From assembly GCA_037442105.1 (NCBI GenBank), contig JBBIQV010000011.1, positions 54,624 through 74,623 on the forward strand: a stretch of DNA of 20,000 nucleotides, given 5' to 3'. Shown here piece after piece: positions 17,197-20,000 of the stretch. Both the position numbers and the translations under genes were made by a program. Numbering within the stretch: the first letter of the stretch is position 1; every line of letters begins with the position of its first letter. The DNA comes from Nitrospiraceae bacterium (lineage in GTDB: Bacteria; Nitrospirota; Nitrospiria; Nitrospirales; Nitrospiraceae). Under the pieces are notes generated by a model, which was not told the origin of the DNA, ran no database searches, and worked only from the letters and a program-made list of their open reading frames with translations.

Positions 17197-17204
17197 CGCC
17201 GCTC

Positions 17205-17783
17205 GTGAAAGACCGAGCTACCAAAGCGTTCGAGGACAGTGCCGACGTACAGCGCCGGTTCGCGCAATCGCACGCCGACAAGATCGTGGGCATGGCGCAG
17301 ATGATCGAGCGAGCCTTTCGCGAGGGGCACAAAGTGTTGCTGTTCGGCAACGGCGGTAGTGCCACCGACGCGTCCCACATCGCAGCGGAATTCGTCGGGC
17401 GGTATCAGCGCAATCGCGCACCGCTGCCCGCTCTCGCGCTGGGCACCGACATGGCGGCCGTCACCTGCATCGCAAACGACTACGCATATGATGAGGTTTT
17501 CGCCCGCCAAATCCGTGCGCACGGCCAAAAAGGCGACATCGCCGTCGCCATCAGCACGAGCGGCAACTCCCCGAACGTGCTGAAGGCCGTGCAGGCCGCG
17601 CGCGAGGCCGGGCTCACCACGATTGCCTGGACCGGCGGCACCGGCGGCAAACTCGCCGGCCTGGTGGACCATGCGTTCATCGTGCCTTCGACAGTGACGG
17701 CCCGCATCCAGGAAAGCCACATCACCCTCGGTCACGTGTTGTGCGAACTCATCGATGAGCAGCTCTTTGCGCAAACGACTTGA
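17205..17783 (+). CDS. gmhA: D-sedoheptulose-7-phosphate isomerase
   Basis: FGNGGSATDASHIAAE, IANDY, ISTSGNSPNV and TARIQESHI. Confidence 0.95.
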   Translation: MKDRATKAFEDSADVQRRFAQSHADKIVGMAQMIERAFREGHKVLLFGNGGSATDASHIAAEFVGRYQRNRAPLPALALGTDMAAVTCIANDYAYDEVFARQIRAHGQKGDIAVAISTSGNSPNVLKAVQAAREAGLTTIAWTGGTGGKLAGLVDHAFIVPSTVTARIQESHITLGHVLCELIDEQLFAQTT

Positions 17784-18762
17784 CCAGGCGCGCGCGCCCG
17801 TCCATCCCCGTTCTCCGACTCCTCCGATCGACGTGTCGGAGCTCAAAACCTATCCGCTCAAGAAACGCCATAGCAAGGTCCGCCTCACGAACTTCGCGCA
17901 GACCTGGAAGTCCGGCGGCAGCTTGAAGCAATTCCTTCGCTCGCTCCCCGACATTCTCGCCGTGAAGACCTTGCGCGAAGTGGCGCATGCCATTGCGCAG
18001 GCGCACCGGCGCGGCCGGCCGGTCATCGTCGGCATGGGGGCGCACGTCGTCAAGGTCGGCCTGAATCCGATCATCGTGGATCTGATGGAACGCGGCGTCA
18101 TCACCGCTGTCGCCATGAACGGCGCGGTGATCATCCACGACTTCGAGCTTGCGTTGATGGGGCACACGTCGGAAGAAGTGGACGCCGAAATCGACTCCGG
18201 CCGGTTCGGGATGGCGGAAGAAACCGGGCGCATGCTGAACGACGCGATCATCCGAGGGTGGAAAGACGGGCAAGGAGCCGGCGAAGCGATCGGGCACTAC
18301 ATTAATCGCTACCAAGGCCAGTTTCGTTACCGCGACACAAGCATCCTCGCCACCGGGGCCCGCCTCGGTATCCCGGTGACGGTCCATGTCGCGATCGGAA
18401 CCGACATCATCCATATGCACCCCTCTGCCGACGGAGCGGCGATCGGCGCCGGCTCCATGCTCGATTTCCGCCGGCTCGCCGCGGTCGTGGCAAATATGGA
18501 TGGGGGTGTCTATCTCAACCTTGGCTCAGCGGTGATCCTGCCCGAGGTGTTCCTGAAAACCGTCTCACTCGGCCGGAACCTCGGTCATGACCTCACGAAC
18601 ATCACGACCGTGAATATGGACTTCCTCTCCCACTACCGTCCGTTAACGAATGTGGTGCGACGCCCGACGCAAAAAGGCGGCAAAGGTTACTCCCTTACCG
18701 GCCACCACGAGATCATGGTGCCGCTGCTAGCCGCGGCAGTGCTTGAAGAGTTGGACCGGTAG
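17755..18762 (+). CDS. Conserved protein with deoxyhypusine-synthase-like fold (GSU2086-like family)
   Basis: GMGAHVVKVGL, AMNGA..IHDFE, G.FGMAEETG, TVHVAIGTDIIHMH, GSAVILPEVFLK and GHHEIMVPLL. Start uncertain; it overlaps the gmhA end by 29 nt. Confidence 0.75.
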   Translation: MSSSLRKRLDQARAPVHPRSPTPPIDVSELKTYPLKKRHSKVRLTNFAQTWKSGGSLKQFLRSLPDILAVKTLREVAHAIAQAHRRGRPVIVGMGAHVVKVGLNPIIVDLMERGVITAVAMNGAVIIHDFELALMGHTSEEVDAEIDSGRFGMAEETGRMLNDAIIRGWKDGQGAGEAIGHYINRYQGQFRYRDTSILATGARLGIPVTVHVAIGTDIIHMHPSADGAAIGAGSMLDFRRLAAVVANMDGGVYLNLGSAVILPEVFLKTVSLGRNLGHDLTNITTVNMDFLSHYRPLTNVVRRPTQKGGKGYSLTGHHEIMVPLLAAAVLEELDR

Positions 18763-18771
18763 CCGAGGCTC

Positions 18772-19341
18772 ATGCCGCACCGAGATTCGCCGCCGCTCTC
18801 CACCGACCGGCTCCAGTCGATCTGGCTCGATCTCAACGCCCGTTTCTTCGACGGCAGGCTCCCGCCCATTCAAATCGTCTGGAGCCGGCGGCTGACGGCC
18901 TCGTCCGGGATGTTCGTGAGTCGCGTCGGGCCCCGTGCCAGGACCGAGCATGGGACAGATGCGCGATCGGAGCGACGAGCAATCCGGCTCTCGCTGCCTC
19001 TGTTGCAATCGCTCTCAGTTCGAACCTCATATGCCGAGCAGGAGGTCGTGAGCACCATCGCGCACGAGATGATTCACCAGTGGCAGTTCGACCTGCTGAA
19101 GCGACGCCCGGATCACGGGTTGGACTTCTTGCGCAAGATGACCGAGATGAACCGATCGGGTTTGGTCGGAGTGACGATCTATCACTCGCTGAGGAAAGAA
19201 GTGCAAGCCCTCTCGCGATACGCATGGCGGTGCCGACAATGTGGCCGCATCTACCAGCGACACCGGCGATCGATCCAGCCACAGCGCCACCGGTGCGGGC
19301 AATGTCGGGGACCGCTGCAGGAGTTGGCTTACGTCCAATAA
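18772..19341 (+). CDS. SprT-like zinc metalloprotease with C-terminal zinc ribbon
   Basis: LNARFFDGRLP, HEMIH (HExxH), DHG..F and CRQC..CGQC. Confidence 0.88.
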   Translation: MPHRDSPPLSTDRLQSIWLDLNARFFDGRLPPIQIVWSRRLTASSGMFVSRVGPRARTEHGTDARSERRAIRLSLPLLQSLSVRTSYAEQEVVSTIAHEMIHQWQFDLLKRRPDHGLDFLRKMTEMNRSGLVGVTIYHSLRKEVQALSRYAWRCRQCGRIYQRHRRSIQPQRHRCGQCRGPLQELAYVQ

Positions 19342-19347
19342 GGCAGG

Positions 19348-20000
19348 TTACGCACGGTCGGCGGCTGGAGGGGTCGCCGCCGGGTTGGTACTGGCTCCCT
19401 CGCCTTTCCGAAGCCAACGCGCCAGCACAGCGGCCAGGTCCTGCGACTTGACCGGCTTCGAGATGTATTCGTCCATCCCGGCTTCCAAACACCGTTCGCG
19501 ATCCCCCTTCATCGCGTTGGCGGTCATGGCGATAATCGGAATATGGCGATGGGCGATGGGCAAGGGGCTATGGGTGGGAGAAGACAACTCCGGCCTATCG
19601 CCTCTTGCCCCTTGCCTCTTGCCTGCGGCGGACTCGCGTTCGCGAATCCGTCGCGTGGCGGCAAATCCGTCCATCTCCGGCATCTGGCAGTCCATCAACA
19701 CCGCCGCATACGCCACCCGAGCGGTGGCTTCGACCGCCTCCACGCCGTTGGCGACCACATCGACGCGATACCCCAGCTTCTCCAGCATGCGGACCGCCAC
19801 CTTCTGGTTGATGACGTTGTCCTCGGCCAGCAGCAACCGGACGCCGGTCTTCAACTTCGCCTCAGCCAGCGTATGCCGTGTCACCAGGGCGGCCGACGCC
19901 CGAGGCACGGGGCGAGAGGCCGGCAGGAGCGCATCCTCGCCGGTGCGCTTCTCGCGTCGCGCCTCGGCCCGTTCGCCCATCACCGCGACCAGACAGTCAT
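19348..20000 (-). CDS. C-terminal receiver domain of a hybrid sensor histidine kinase/response regulator (partial)
   Basis: LLAEDNVINQKVA, VLMDCQMPEMDG and IPIIAMTANAMKGDRERCLEAGMDEYISKP. The frame stays open to the window edge. Confidence 0.92.
   Translation of the reverse strand, partial: DCLVAVMGERAEARREKRTGEDALLPASRPVPRASAALVTRHTLAEAKLKTGVRLLLAEDNVINQKVAVRMLEKLGYRVDVVANGVEAVEATARVAYAAVLMDCQMPEMDGFAATRRIRERESAAGKRQGARGDRPELSSPTHSPLPIAHRHIPIIAMTANAMKGDRERCLEAGMDEYISKPVKSQDLAAVLARWLRKGEGASTNPAATPPAADRA
19543..19625. repeat. Heptamer-tandem inverted repeat element located in frame within the receiver domain
   Basis: Left arm gcgatgg-gcgatgg-gcaaggg-gctatgg. Right arm gcctatc-gcctctt-gcccctt-gcctctt-gcctg. 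Confidence 0.85.
19898..19978. repeat. Heptamer-tandem inverted repeat element located in frame in the interdomain linker
   Basis: Left arm gcccgag-gcacggg-gcgagag-gcc. Right arm gcttctc-gcgtcgc-gcctcgg-cccgttc-gcc. Confidence 0.7.

Noticed and set aside
15600..17200. CRISPR array or cas operon near the CARF-like gene
   Set aside because: There are no 25-40 bp direct repeats with unique spacers and no cas1/cas2/cas10-like ORFs. The flanking repeats are 7-bp periodic palindromes.

Overview
GC-rich bacterial chromosomal window. Gene content and protein style suggest a Nitrospira-like organism (inference, no search run). It is mostly housekeeping or conserved genes: suhB, pterin dehydratase, a ParB-like protein, GDPD, an APC permease, rpsU, nth, polA, a YbgC-type thioesterase, gmhA, a SprT-like protein, and two partial response-regulator genes at the edges. 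Five things stand out. (1) A dispersed family of degenerate 7-bp tandem-repeat inverted-repeat elements lies in at least six intergenic gaps, and two copies sit in frame inside a receiver-domain gene. (2) An orphan TIGR02710-like CARF-HEPN 'CRISPR-associated' protein has both signature motifs degenerate and no CRISPR locus nearby. (3) A B12-binding 'RiPP maturation' radical SAM methyltransferase has no visible precursor peptide and is linked to an HpnA-like reductase. (4) A decayed ISNCY-type transposase retains its right end just upstream of rpsU. (5) Several genes appear leaderless, with the -10 box 6-8 nt before the start codon. All family assignments come from motif recognition, not database searches.
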